Of a DNA stretch of 64,000 nucleotides, positions 25,426-38,439 are shown in pieces. Within the stretch, counting starts at the first letter, position 1. Every line of letters begins with the position of its first letter. The notes under the pieces were generated by a model, which saw only the letters and a program-made list of their open reading frames with translations, was not told the origin of the DNA and did not search any database. Location: assembly GCA_015680685.1 (NCBI GenBank), contig MNCI01000273.1, positions 90,324 through 154,323 of the forward strand. The letters run 5' to 3'. Source of the DNA: Gnetum montanum (Eukaryota; Plantae; Gnetophyta). A program made the translations under genes and the position numbers.

Positions 25426-26302
25426 TGATGAGTCATGATTTGATCTACTTTGATATCGAATATCCAATATCGGAGCCTCGATATTGGATACCTGATATTG
25501 GAGCTCAAGAAGCGATGTCGATATTCAATATCATCTCCTTTGTGCCATCCTTTAAATACAACACTTGGGGACATAGTTAGTTTTAGTTTTTGATAGCCTT
25601 TCTTAGATTTCTAAATTTAAGTTCCAGTATTCCCAATGCATGTTTGCAATGTGATTTTTGTGATTGTATGACATCCTTATTCGAGTGCGATGTACTTGGA
25701 TACTTAACATGATTGGAAATAAAGATAGAGATTACCTCCATCATTACAACATCCACTTAGATTCATTATTTATTTAATTATTTAATTATTTAATTATTTA
25801 TTATCTTATTTAGTTAATGCTTCTATTTATTTCTATTTACTATTCTTGTCATTAAGCAAAATGAGTACAACCTAATCACAAGCACTTAAGTGTAATTACT
25901 TGGTACCCTAGCAGTGTATCATTTGGCAAGCTTAGTGACATATGCTTGGTAATCCTAGTAGTAGGCTCACAAAGTCCAAGGTGTGTGTGGATGATTAAGA
26001 ATAATTACTCATCTCACGTAGGCTAGTTTAGACTTTACTTTCCATTGTTACTTAGCTTAACTAATTAATCTCTTTATTGTCATTAGGTGTAGCATAGAGT
26101 TAAACAACATCATCATATGCCTCACTTTGGACTAAACCATACATAATAAAGCTACAACTAGTTCATGTGGAAATACAACAAACTATGATTAGAGCATAAT
26201 GATTTAGATGCACAACTAGTCCCATCAATGAAATTTGACCAAATCATGCATGGACACTTGTGATTTGTATGGTTGAACATAAGGATACCTTGCTACTCAT
26301 CA
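25426..26302 (+). repeat. 5' LTR of element B
   Basis: Direct repeat of 32111-32987, followed by the PBS. Confidence 0.92.
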
Positions 26303-26349
26303 TTGGCATCATTACTAGGGATGATGCTAGTTATCTAGATTAGTTATAT

Positions 26350-28910
26350 TACACATAATCACTATAAATTCACTAACAATCTATCTTTTAGAAAATATTA
26401 AATCATAGACATCATTAATTAAAAACAATGTCTCTTTCACAAGGAAGTGATAATACATTATACGGTGAGAACATCCATTGGAGAAATAAAGAACTATATG
26501 TTGAAGAAATTAGAGTAACCAACCTTATGCAAAGGTTTCATATATTCATGAGCATCCTAACAACACTCAAAGACCACATTCACCTAAGATAGACAACCTT
26601 GGAGGAGATGAAGTAAGTCGTGGATAGGGAAAGGCCTCAAGGCCTAGGACCTCCTTGAAATCTAGAAAGGATAAATCATAGGACCATGGGAAACATCATA
26701 GAAGCCATGTCATCCCTCCTTGTTTCTCATCTTCCTTTTCCCCCTTTGCATCTAGGTCTAGTGAAGATGAACATAGGTATATAGGTAGAGCTTCACTATG
26801 GGGTCAAGATAAAAAAAAATGGAATATGCAAAAATACTCAAGGTCATTAACATGAACAAAGGAAAAATCATTGTAATCAATCAAATAGAAACCTTCATTA
26901 CAACATGATCGATGATGATGAACCATTTTTGGCCACTACAAGCCTAATGTAGATCACAAAGGTAGTTAAGATCTCTCACAGGCATCGCAAAGAGAGTCAC
27001 CTACCTAGGCTTGATATGAATAATATTCTTAATTTTGTAGGAGGCTATGATTCAAATCCACAACATCATTTACAAGTCTTCTATGATGCCTGTATCTCCA
27101 AAAAAATTGAAAGTGGGTGGCAAAAGCTCAAGCTTTTTCCTAGGATACTAATTGATAGAGTTGAAGTGTGGTATAGATCATTGAAACCAAATTCAATCAA
27201 ATGGTGGTCCAAAATGGTAGAAATTTTCAACAAGAAATACAAACCTATGCAACGGTGTCAAACCTGAGGAGACAGATCCAAGGATGGAAGTGGACATGTC
27301 CTTAGATAGATATTATTCCTTATTTAATATATGACCATGTCATGATTTCTTTAAGGAAAGGAAACTTTTCCACATCATAGATGGACTTCATAATGAAATA
27401 AGGGAGACCCTTGGGATATATGTCCTAGGTCAATTATATGAGCTATGAACCGATTAGATCTAAGAGTAAATCAAGTATGTGGCAAAAGAAGAAGGAGAAA
27501 TATGCAAATGGGAGAATGTTGAGAAAAATCATTGGGACCCACCTCTCCAAAAGAAGAAGGTCCATATCTATGGTAAGGAGAAAGAGACTGCTCTTGATCA
27601 GGTAATCCTGTAACAAACCTTAACAATACAAAAGTCTATTGATGGACTTGAAGCAAAGTTTAATAGGATGTGAGAAGGGATATATGAAAATGTTACAACT
27701 CTCATAGAGATGGTAGAGGAGAAGTTAGTGCAAACCAAACTAGGAGATCGTTATAAATAGAGGCCACAATACCACAAAGTAGCTAGGAACACTTTTTCCA
27801 TGTAGGAAAAATGGTTGAGAAAAGTGAGGTTATAGACTCAAACACAAACAAAGGCAATGGATGTGATATCTACATATATGACCATCCAAAGGGTCATTTC
27901 CTGATCTTGTTGCATCTACATGAGTATTGGGTAGGTGCATTAAATCTAAAGTATGTACAGAAGCACATGCCCAAGAGATTTCCTTTTTCACATAGTAATG
28001 ATAGATAGTTCCACAACTAATCGTACAATCCAAAGGGGACTTATTACCAACCTCAACACTATCATCAACTACTATGGTAAGAAGCATAGCCATGGGGGAG
28101 GCCACCACCAAACAAGCCCCATTCTTCCTATCAGTCAAAACCCCACACGTATTATGTTCAACACCCTATTTCTCCAACTAGATGTATGTCCTCCATGTCA
28201 AATCACTAATACCACTCTCTTGAGTACCATCAACCCATGACATCCCCTAAGGGATCACCACCTCATGCCTCTTACCATCAATTCTACCCTCGATATTTTC
28301 ATACTCCACCTCATCACACATCACCGCTGGTAGCATAGGAAGGTTTGGAATCACACTATGAACTAATGAATATCACTTATGCTACAAATGTGCATAGAAA
28401 TGTTTATGCGAGTAGATTCCCATCAAAAAATTGGAAACATGCTTTCTTTAGGAAGGGATGTGGGTAGAAGTAAAACACCCATGAACTAACCACATCATCC
28501 AAACTAGCACAATGCCAATTTGGTGCAATGCCTCCCTTGTCACCACCATCATCCTCTAATCTCACACAAGGACCACCATCCACTATTACTCCAATCCCAA
28601 ACCTAAGCAATGAATCTAAAAATTTGAGAAGAAAAATTAATCCATGCATACCATATCATGATCAAGGATGTAATCATGAGTTAGAAATTCATAATGTTAG
28701 CACACCTTTTACTCTGATCTATCATACATTTAATAATCAAGTGTGTGATCAACGATTTGTCTATAAAACCATTACAACACCAATAGACACCCAGTGGCTT
28801 GGAAATGAATGATTACCAATGTTTTACACATGCATAGATCCTATCTATCTACTTATTAATCCTTGTCATGGCCAAATGTTTAGTCATGGGGGTCACCCCC
28901 CATTCTAATA
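26350..28910 (+). pseudogene. gag: Decayed gag of element B
   Basis: ORF 27016-27267 MNNILNFVGGYDSNPQHHLQVFYDAC...LKLFPRILIDRVEVWYRSLKPNSIKWW. Colinear with the gag of D. Confidence 0.87.
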
Positions 28911-30173
28911 TTCAAGATTCATACATGCTTTTCATCTTTTTTTAACATTTTTTTATCATTTTCTTATTTCTTGATATAATGTTTCTATTCCTTTCAACTT
29001 TTTCTATATTTTCTTTTCATTTTCTTTGTTACATAATCTCACTCGCAAATAAAATGATGATGTAGCCCATTGAGCTAAGGTTTTCTTTATGTTTTCAAGT
29101 CATAAGTGACTAATTAGTTAGATAGTGAGCCACATCATCCATCCACCCATTTCATTAATAAAGAGATTCTAACCATGGTTATAAAGATATTCTTTTCCAT
29201 CATCAAAACTAAAAATAAATTCATAATCATTATGCCTAGACTAAAAAGTGAAGAACCAAGGGGGAATGTAAAGGGTGTGACATCAAGGGGATTTGTGGAT
29301 TCTCTTTGACCACTTTTGTATGTTTTACCATGATTGCTAAGGCTGTAATTATATCCTTGTAGATCTAAGAAAAAATGGAAGTCAAAATGAACTAAATGGG
29401 CACTAAATAAATTTCTAAAGGTCCCACTAGAAAGATATGTACCCATGCCTAAAGGTTGGTCGCTTCTCAAAACATGTTAAAATAATAATAATAATAAAAT
29501 CATGTGCCATTACTAAAGTCCTCCCTTGGAAAAAACACCAAGTGATGCTACTTCTTCCAACTATGGTAGTCTTATGGTTGTCAGCTGAAGTGATGAAACA
29601 ATGCGATGTCATTGACATGTGGTTTGAACTTGGTTTGAATCTTTGAAATAAGGGCTAACAGTTATTTAACCATTAATAGCACATAAGGATTCATTATGAC
29701 TTTGGTAAGATACCTCATGTCCCAATTTCTACAATCCTTTCTATAGTCCATCTCATCTTGTTGTCCCTATGATCCTAACTTATGGTTTTGTATAACATAG
29801 GGTTATTTCCTCACCTTGGTGGTTTTAACATGTGTGTTTTGTTTCATGGGTATGTGTTGCATTCAACTCATTCAATTCCGGCAGGCATTTTTAGGTGTAG
29901 TTACACAAGGGAATTATGGGATTAAGCCTACTTTGGGGAGGACCCACTTGTGTAAATATTGTAACTTGTACCTCTTTGACATAGCTGCATCACTCTTTAC
30001 CTTCCATGTGCATTATTGTTAAATTCCATGCTTTCCATTATCATGTAATAATTCTATTCCATAACATTGATATAATACCCAATTTCTTTCACTGTTCAAA
30101 AATTTCAACATCGATGACTCCATATTCTACCACCTTCAATGCCTTCATATGATTTTCTACTTATCCTAGAACT

Positions 30174-31917
30174 ATGGCCCTAACCTCAAACCTTCCAACT
30201 AATCCTAGAGCTTCATTCTCCATGCTCAGTTCCCTCATTAAATGCACTTTCATGGACCTTGATATCGTGTCAACCTCAACATAAAACACACAATATTGGG
30301 TTGCAAAAAACCTATATATATGATTCCCATGATGTCCAAACTCCATTCTCATCATTTGCAACTAGGGGAGTTTTTCAAATTTTCTTTCATGACTTGTAGC
30401 TCCATGCAAACTACTTCCACTTGGGATATCTTGCTCACTACTGCTCTGATTCTTGTACTATTTGAACCTAGAATGTTTGACTTAGTTGTGGAAGGGTGCT
30501 TGTGTAAAAAACTCATTCCATGTTTTCAAAGTTTTCTATCACCCAAAAGGTATTAAAATGGTAAGAAGGTTAAAAACCTCAAGTGTTATAATGATAAATC
30601 AATCATATTAATGCTAGAAACATTAATTTTTTCTATCCAAGGAACCGTAATCTTTACAAAAAATCATACAGAAGCAAAAAGGAACCAATTACGAAGGGTC
30701 ATAAACATGGAAAGTTGGTCATGGCTGAGGTCAGGGCAAAACATGTGGAAGCAAAAGTGCAATGGTTGCAACAAGAGTTGGCTACTCTAGGAGCTAAAGG
30801 ATGGGACCCTACTTGATTTGTTGTGCTTGACGAGTAAGATTGATTTAGAACAAGGCTACTGGAAAAATTACTTAAAGAAAACAAAGACACTAAGTAGGAA
30901 AAGAAGAAGGTGGTTTGAAATGCCTCTATTGCAAATGCACAAACTCATGCTCATAAAAAGGCATTGATGATTACCTAGAAAGAGAATAAATCACTTGTTG
31001 TAGAGAAATCAAGGTTGACCACCATTGAAAAATAAAAGAATATTTTGGAAGAAAGTGTCTATCAGTTGAGAGAATAGCTAATGAGGATCAACCAGAATAT
31101 CATCAGATTAGCCAAGGAAAATAGAACTCTCTCAATGGAGGAGGGACGTACCATTTGACAAAAGTCTATAATTGAAATAGGCACATGGAAGAATGAGGCT
31201 AAAAAGCATAAGAATATGAAAGAACACTTCCAAGACAAAGTATGCATGTACAAGAAGATTAATAAAAATGAAATAAAAATGGCCAAAGCCCACATTGGAT
31301 CCATATCAATGCAAAATATTAATAGGTAGGCCATCATGGATAGTTATGCCTTGGTCCATCAAGCTGAAGTGAAGAACAAAGACCTACAAATGAAGGAATT
31401 GAAAGAATACATGGCATTGGCTAACCTTAGATATGCCAACCTTACCATGCTAATAGTAGGTTGGCCTAGAAGTGAGCTGAAGAAACAATTAGTAACCACC
31501 TATGCATTATACAAGAAAGAGTTTGTAGGCAGAAAAATTGTTTTGTAGAAACTCCATGTTGCAAACTTAGAACTTCAAGTGGTTAATTCCTAATACCATG
31601 TATAAGAGGATCTTGCTTTAGACCTAGATAGGAGACTCACAAATTATCATGAATTCAAGAAAATGATCAAGACATTTGAAGAGGAGAGATGGTAATTTGT
31701 AGCCTAGAACATGAAGGCTAATAAAATGTTTCTGCAACTACCATGCCCTTGCGATGTACTAATGCTAGAACACATTAATTTAGTAGCCTGGATAGTGAAA
31801 AATTAAAGGATGAAAGAGGAGAAGTTTTAGGTGCTCCTCAACTATTACAAGTTTCAGAGGCCTAGCGATAAATGGAAGTAACTAATGGAGGAGCCACCAC
31901 CTCTAGGAACTACATGA
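30174..31917 (+). pseudogene. Decayed extra ORF of element B, predicted coiled-coil protein of unknown function
   Basis: One frame from about 30716 to 31548 reads LVMAEVRAKHVEAKVQWLQQELATL...LEESVYQLRE*LMRINQNIIRLAKEN...KNKDLQMKELKEYMALAN. It is broken only by TAA/TAG/TGA stops consistent with C>T decay. Start and end inferred. Confidence 0.7.
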
Positions 31918-32110
31918 GCTTCCCTAATTTTGTGTCTTGTAATATTGTGTTCTAATTTTTGTAAAAACACCACTATGACATGTAAGAGTACATTTGGTTG
32001 TTTCTTTGTTTGAGTTAATCAATAATTTCATATCTTCATAATATTTTGTAAAAAACTTGTTCCTCATTTTGTTTAACTCAAGGATGAGTTTTCATTCAGT
32101 CGTGGGGGTA

Positions 32111-32987
32111 TGATGAATTATGATTTGATCTAATTTAATATCAGATATTTGATATCATAACCTTGATATCAAATACCTGATATCAGAGCCCATGAAGCAA
32201 TGTTTGATATTTGATATTGTCTCCTTTATGCTGGCCTATAAATATAACACTTGGGTGCACAACTAAGACATAGTTTAGTTTTAGTTTTTGATAGCCTTTC
32301 TTACATTTCTAAATTTAAGTTTCATTATTTCCAATGCATGCTTGCAATGTGATATTTATGATTATACAACATCCATATTTTAGTGTGACATACTTGGACA
32401 TGTTACATAACTGGAAATAAAGATCGTGATTACCTCCATCACTGTAGCATCAACTTAGATTCATTATTGATTTAATTGTTTAATTATTTAATTGTTTACT
32501 ATCTTCTTTAGTTAATGCTTCCATTTATTACTATTTACTATTCCTATCATTAAGTGGAATGAGTACAACTTAATCACGAGAACTTAAGTGTAATTACTTG
32601 GTAACCTAGTAGTGTATCGTTTGGCAAGCCTAGTGATGTATGCTTGGTAATCCCAGTGGTAGTCTAACAAAGTCCAAGGTGTGTGTGAGAAATTAAGAAT
32701 GAATGCTCATTACACATAGGCTAGTTTAAAATTTACTTTCCATCATTACTTAGCTTAATTAATTAATCTCTTTATTGTCATTAGGAGTAGCATAGAGTTC
32801 AAAAACATCATCATATGCCTCACTTTAGACTAAACCATACCACTAGTCCAAGTGGGAAGACAAAAAACTATGATTAGAGCATAATGATTTAGATGCAAAA
32901 CTAGTCCCATCCACAAAATTCAATTGGATTATGCATGAATGCTTGTGATTTGTATAGTTGGACATAGGGGTACCTTGTTGCTCATCA
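32111..32987 (+). repeat. 3' LTR of element B
   Basis: Preceded by the PPT. TATA CTATAAATA at about 32237 and AATAAA at about 32416. Confidence 0.92.
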
Positions 32988-33689
32988 AATGTGAAGGATG
33001 GTTTACATAGGGTAGTGTGAAAGTAATATAGAGGTTTTCACATTGGGTAGCATAAAAGAAATATGAAAGTATTTTATGCATAGTAGAGAATCTTTCCTCT
33101 TTCTAGCATCAACACAATGTAAAGAATTTTATGCAAGGTATGAGTAAGAAAGTAGGATTTAAAAGGAAAACCATAGGTCAATGATCATTACTTTTACATA
33201 TTCAATAACAAAAGAATGACATCAAAGGTAAGGAAAGTGATGGATGCTAACAAGATGAAAAGAAAAAATATAAGATCTAGTAATATAATGAAGGAGGCAT
33301 GTGATGTGAATGTAATGATCTAGGAAATGTTGCTAGACACTAGGGCCAATTTGCTAGAGATTTCATTATCCACTAGATTCCTACTAACCATTTTTTTGTG
33401 ATTTTGGATTTTCTTGTCATAGTTTTCTAGTTTTACTTTTGGTTGAATTCCATTTTATGCCATTGTGTAGTCCTAGCATGAGATAGTTTGCATGAAAAAT
33501 GTTTGTGATTATTCTTTCCATAAGTTCACATTAGGCCTTAGCATGTAATTATTTATACTACAATTTCTATTTCACACTAAACTTAATTTTCCCTAGAGTA
33601 TTTTCATTTGCATGCTAAATATTTGCTGAAATGTTAATGTATATTCTAGTGTTTCTTTTTGTTTTCATGTTATTGTTGTTTTTTCAGGT

Positions 33690-36600
33690 TGATGCATAGG
33701 TTACACTAGCACTTAGTCAAAAATATGTTGGTAGGCATAAACTTAGCATTATCCAAATTTCATGCTATCAACTTGTTTGACACTAATGTTGTGATCTTAT
33801 CTAAAATACACTATTTTTATACTTTATGCTAAGCTATAGTAGATATGCTAAATTTTATTATTTTTAGTCTTCTATCACTTTTTATGCTGATAATTGTTTC
33901 CAACATAAAATATGTTAGGAAATTTTTTGTTCTATATTAGATTTGTTTCTACTCTATCCAAATTGTACTCTCATGTTGCATTTTTATTTTACAATGTTCT
34001 TATTTATACATTTTTGTAACTCTATACTTTATTATTATGATGGTATGATTTAAGTTAGAAACACTTGAGGTTGTAGGTCATTTCATAAGAAGACTTTAGA
34101 AGTTGTTGAGTTGTTTGGCATTCTGTGATTTATGGGAATCATGGTGTTGATTTGTCCTATCCCTAATATGACTATTAACAACAATACACAAGTGTGGTTT
34201 AATCTTGAAGAAGCTAAATTTCTATGTTATCTACTTAAGAACTTTAGTATGATCCTTTGGTCACATCTAATTGTGAAAATAATGGGTATGATATTTGAGA
34301 TCATCCTTTTTGGGGCTTCCAACTATGTTTTATAGTATATGCAAGATGAGGATTTTTTTTTTGAATCATGTTAGAGTACTAGGGAAGGTCATATCAATCT
34401 CTAGTTTGAAAATTATCTAAGATTTGGCAAGAGGATATGTATATTAGCTTCAATGTAAATGATATGGTTTCTCTAATCTAGAAGACTTTCAAATGGTTTT
34501 GTAATCCACCAGTGCATGCCTACTTGGTTGGTGTGTAAGTTTATTCATAACATGAATACTATATATTACTTAAATAATATCTAAGGCTACATGGTTTGAT
34601 ACTATGCATGTTCTATAGTTATAGGCTCAAGAAAGACAAACCTTTTCTAGTGGATGAAACTTTGATTTTTATGTAGATAACATTGGATGAATTTTCTTAA
34701 AGTGACAATATCAAAATTTAGATAGTGATCCAAATTGAGTCTAAAATAGAAAACTATAAGAAACAATACTTCTAATTATACCAAAGATGTATCAATGCAG
34801 GCTTTGTTCATGAACTTTGGAAGTATCCTAATTTTGACATAAAAATCTTATTCCTAATAAAGACATCATAATCAAATGAAGAAATATGGTAAGTAACCTA
34901 TAGTTTGGCTTCCCATTGATTTATTGACCCATAAGCATGGCTAAATGGTTGTGCTTTTCTAGACATTATAAGGAAAACTACTATCATTGTCATTGAATTA
35001 GGCCATGCTAAGAAGAAATTCCTACTCAAATGGGATGAAGTTGACAAATATTAAGAATGTTTAACCAATTTTTCCCTTGTAGAAGTGATGGAGAAAATGG
35101 TTTAATACTATGCATGATCTATAGTTGTAGGGTTAACAAAGAAAAACCTTTTCTAGTGGATGATACTTTGATTTTTGTGCAAATAGCATTAGATGAATTT
35201 TCTTAAGATGATAATATCAGAGTTTAGATAGCAATCCAAATTGTATTTGATATAGAAGACTATAAGAAATAGTACTTGCAATTGTACCAAAGATTTATCG
35301 ATGCACGCTTTTGTCATGAACTTTGGAAGTATCCTAATGTTTACATAGAAATATTGTACCTAGTAAAGATATCATAATTGATGAAAAAATATGATGAGTA
35401 ACCTATAGTTTGGCTACCCATTGATTGATTGACTCATATGCATAACTAAAAGTTTGTACATTTCTAGACTTTATAATGGAAACTACTATCATTATTGTTG
35501 CATTAGGCTATACTAAGAGAAAATTCCTACTCCAATGGAAGGAAGTTGATAAATCTTAAGAATAGTTAACCAATTTGACACCTGTAGAAGTGAGGAAGAA
35601 AAAGGTTAAAAGTAAGCTATTTGATTTGTTCATGGTGCTAAGTCTTTCTATGTCATTGGTTGAAATGATTATTATATGGATTCACTCAATGGTGTAGGCT
35701 CAGAATTTTGCATGTGAGTCCATAGTTTGCTAGTTGTGCAAAAAATTAGCAAGTATATATTTTGCAAATTGTTTTATGTGCCTTAGTATGATGTTAATGT
35801 GGTAGATTGAGGAGACAAGAAGTTAGTAAAAAGAGGCATCATAAAGGTGTAGCTAAAATTCCTTCCAAGTGGGTAGTTGTTGTTGAAAATGTGCTAGGAT
35901 TAGATAATCAATGGGGTTTACATTCTATTTTATGCCAAGGCCTTTTCCATACTACTTTCTTTATGCAAGAGCATAGGCATGCAACAAGAATGGATTATGA
36001 AAACGGCCATATCTAATGAAACAAACTTCATTTGTGCTATTGTATTAATCATAGAGCTTTGAAGAGAAATTCAAAAACTTCATGAAAAGGCAACTTTAGT
36101 TTACGATGTAGATACAATTTGCCTTTTTCATCTACTATCTAGGGATGTCTATAGAGTTCCTAGTTGTTAAGCATAATAAGACATGGATTGAGAGGGATAC
36201 TACCTAGCTTTCCTAATCTTGGGTAAAATATTTCATGGATGTGGTTCAAGTTCATGACTTATGTTTAGAAGATAAAAGGAAATCCACATCAATCATAACT
36301 AAAGGGCTAAGTGGACAATAAAGATCTTCTTTTGATAGTTGTGGCACTAATCCAATGGTTAGAAGGGATCAATTTTATCATGCCAAGAGGATACATGAGA
36401 AAGAAGAAAGAAATAAAAAGAAAAAAAATTAAAACTACTAAAAGTGGAGAAGGATATTTCTTCTCCTACTTAGCTTGCAGATCTAGACCTTAAATATTAA
36501 GGTGACTAAAATTTAATAAGAGCTAGAAGATATGTTCATGAGCCTAACTATTATTATTTTGTACATTTTAAGTTATCTTGACTTAGTCTATAATTTATGA

Positions 36601-38034
36601 ATTTAGAGCATTAAGAATTCAAGGCTAAATGACCTATAGAGATATAATAAAGAAATAATGAGGAGGAGGAAAAAGCTAGGCACAAGACAAAGAGGCTTTT
36701 AGAAGAAACATCTTCAACATTTGATGAGAGGAGTTCAATGTCACTATTAAATCTTCTACCAATGGATATGTCCCCAAGCTACCTAGGTACAAATGTTACA
36801 TGTTCAACATAATAGCAAATTTCTAAGTTAATTTAGCTAATACTATATTTTATGGTTGAATATAAGTTAGGTTCCCTAGGAATCTTGTTTTCCCCATATC
36901 ATAAATAAAACCTTAGGTAGAGATGCCTAACAAGGTGGAATTTATGAGAGGGATGATAGAGGATCTAAGTGATAGGATATAAAATGTGACACCTAAGGAT
37001 AGTAAGTATTAGAGATATTCTTATGTCTCAAAATTACATATAAAACTATTATAATGTTAAATCATGTCATTTTTTTAGTTTTGGGTAGCTTCAAAGATCC
37101 ATTGGAATCCTTTAAGCTATGTAGAATTTGATGATCTTCCACTTGGACCACCAAAACATGCAATCATGCTACATGAATTGTATGAGAGAGCTATGAATCA
37201 AGCTTCTTCATGTGTAAAATCTATTTGAAAAGTAGTTGGGAAAAAAAGACTCTATGAGAATATATTTTTACCTAGAGTCTCAAGTTCAAGCTCTTTCAAA
37301 AGAGAACTAGAGCTTGAAGGATCATAAGGAATTTGTAGAAGTGCAAGTTGTTGTGGACCAAGGAATTTAACTAGATTCATATTAATCAATGATATAGGAA
37401 AGAGTGTTTGTGACAAAATAAATCTTCAAAAGGCCCTCAAGGTGGAATTAATGGCTTAGAAATTTGTGGAACTACTATGCATTGATCAAGAGTTGGGTAA
37501 GACTCAAAGGCCCAAAAAATCTATATAATACCAAGAAGGAAGAGTGCAATAAAGCTTAAAATTTTTAAGTCATTGAAAAGCATAAAGTAGAAATTTTTAT
37601 CCAAGGAATTGGAGCTAGTAATTATTTCTAGCTATTTAGTTAGTCTATGGAAGTTACAAGGTCTCCAGAAGCTCAAATCATGATGGAATCAAACCAAACT
37701 TCCATGGTATCCTTAACAAGTAAAGCCCTATAATGGATAAGTATATAATGAGAAAATATTCTTGAAGGGATAAACTCGAGAGACATTGACTAGGAAAACA
37801 TGTTAAAATAATAAATCACGCAACACATGGAAGAAGGTAGACTCGAGGATGTATTTTTTGGTTCTCTATTTAAGATATGCTATATAAAGTTTTTACTCCT
37901 AATAGTGTTATTATTTATCACAACTAGTAATTACATGTTTTTCTTTGATTTTGAAGGTCACTAACAATGGCAGTGGTAATACTAATAATAATGAAGCTCA
38001 TGGTAAAGATGATCCTCAGGCTCCTCCAGCTTAG
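33690..38034 (+). pseudogene. Decayed, probably intron-containing gene of unknown product (possible retroelement antisense accessory gene)
   Basis: Coding-like purine-rich stretches. Candidate short intron 37002-37088 (GTAAGT...TAG). Acceptor at 37956, last exon NNGSGNTNNNEAHGKDDPQAPPA* ending at 38034. Confidence 0.4.
34593..35603 (+). repeat. Tandem duplication, about 506-bp unit x2
   Basis: GGTTT(G/A)ATACTATGCATG... at 34593 and 35099. The copies are colinear through TGTAGAAGTGA.G.AGAAAA. Confidence 0.9.
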
Positions 38035-38439
38035 TTTCTGGTGTTCATTACTTATTTATTTTTGCTTTTATTTCTAAATGGTCATGTATGACCCTATTCA
38101 TTTTGTTGTCTTAAACTTTGATAATGTAAACTCGCATTGTTTGTAATAAGTGGTAAGAAATTATGTTTTTTACATTTATTGTTGTATTTTATTTTGTCTT
38201 CATCAAGATGAAAACATGTGTAAACATTTAAAACATAAAGAAAACCAGCAAAAGTGTAAACACTTAAAACATAAAGTAAGAAAGAGTACAAATATTTGAA
38301 ACATAAAGGAATAAAACGAAAATGACTATACTTACCAAAAAAAATATTAAAAACATAATTACAAAAGCAAGGAAGAGCACTAAATGAAAAAAGGGAACTT
38401 AACTATGGAGTTATTTCCAAATCTTAGACAAATTGAAAA

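Larger units (their letters stand above)
25426..32987 (+). mobile_element. Element B: complete non-autonomous Athila-like LTR element (gag plus extra coiled-coil ORF; no PR, RT or INT)
   Basis: LTRs 25426-26302 and 32111-32987 (TGATGA...CTCATCA). TSD AATGT at 25421-25425 and 32988-32992. CpG-decayed PBS TGGCATCATTACTAGGGA at 26304-26321. PPT GTCGTGGGGGTA ending at 32110. Confidence 0.93.
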
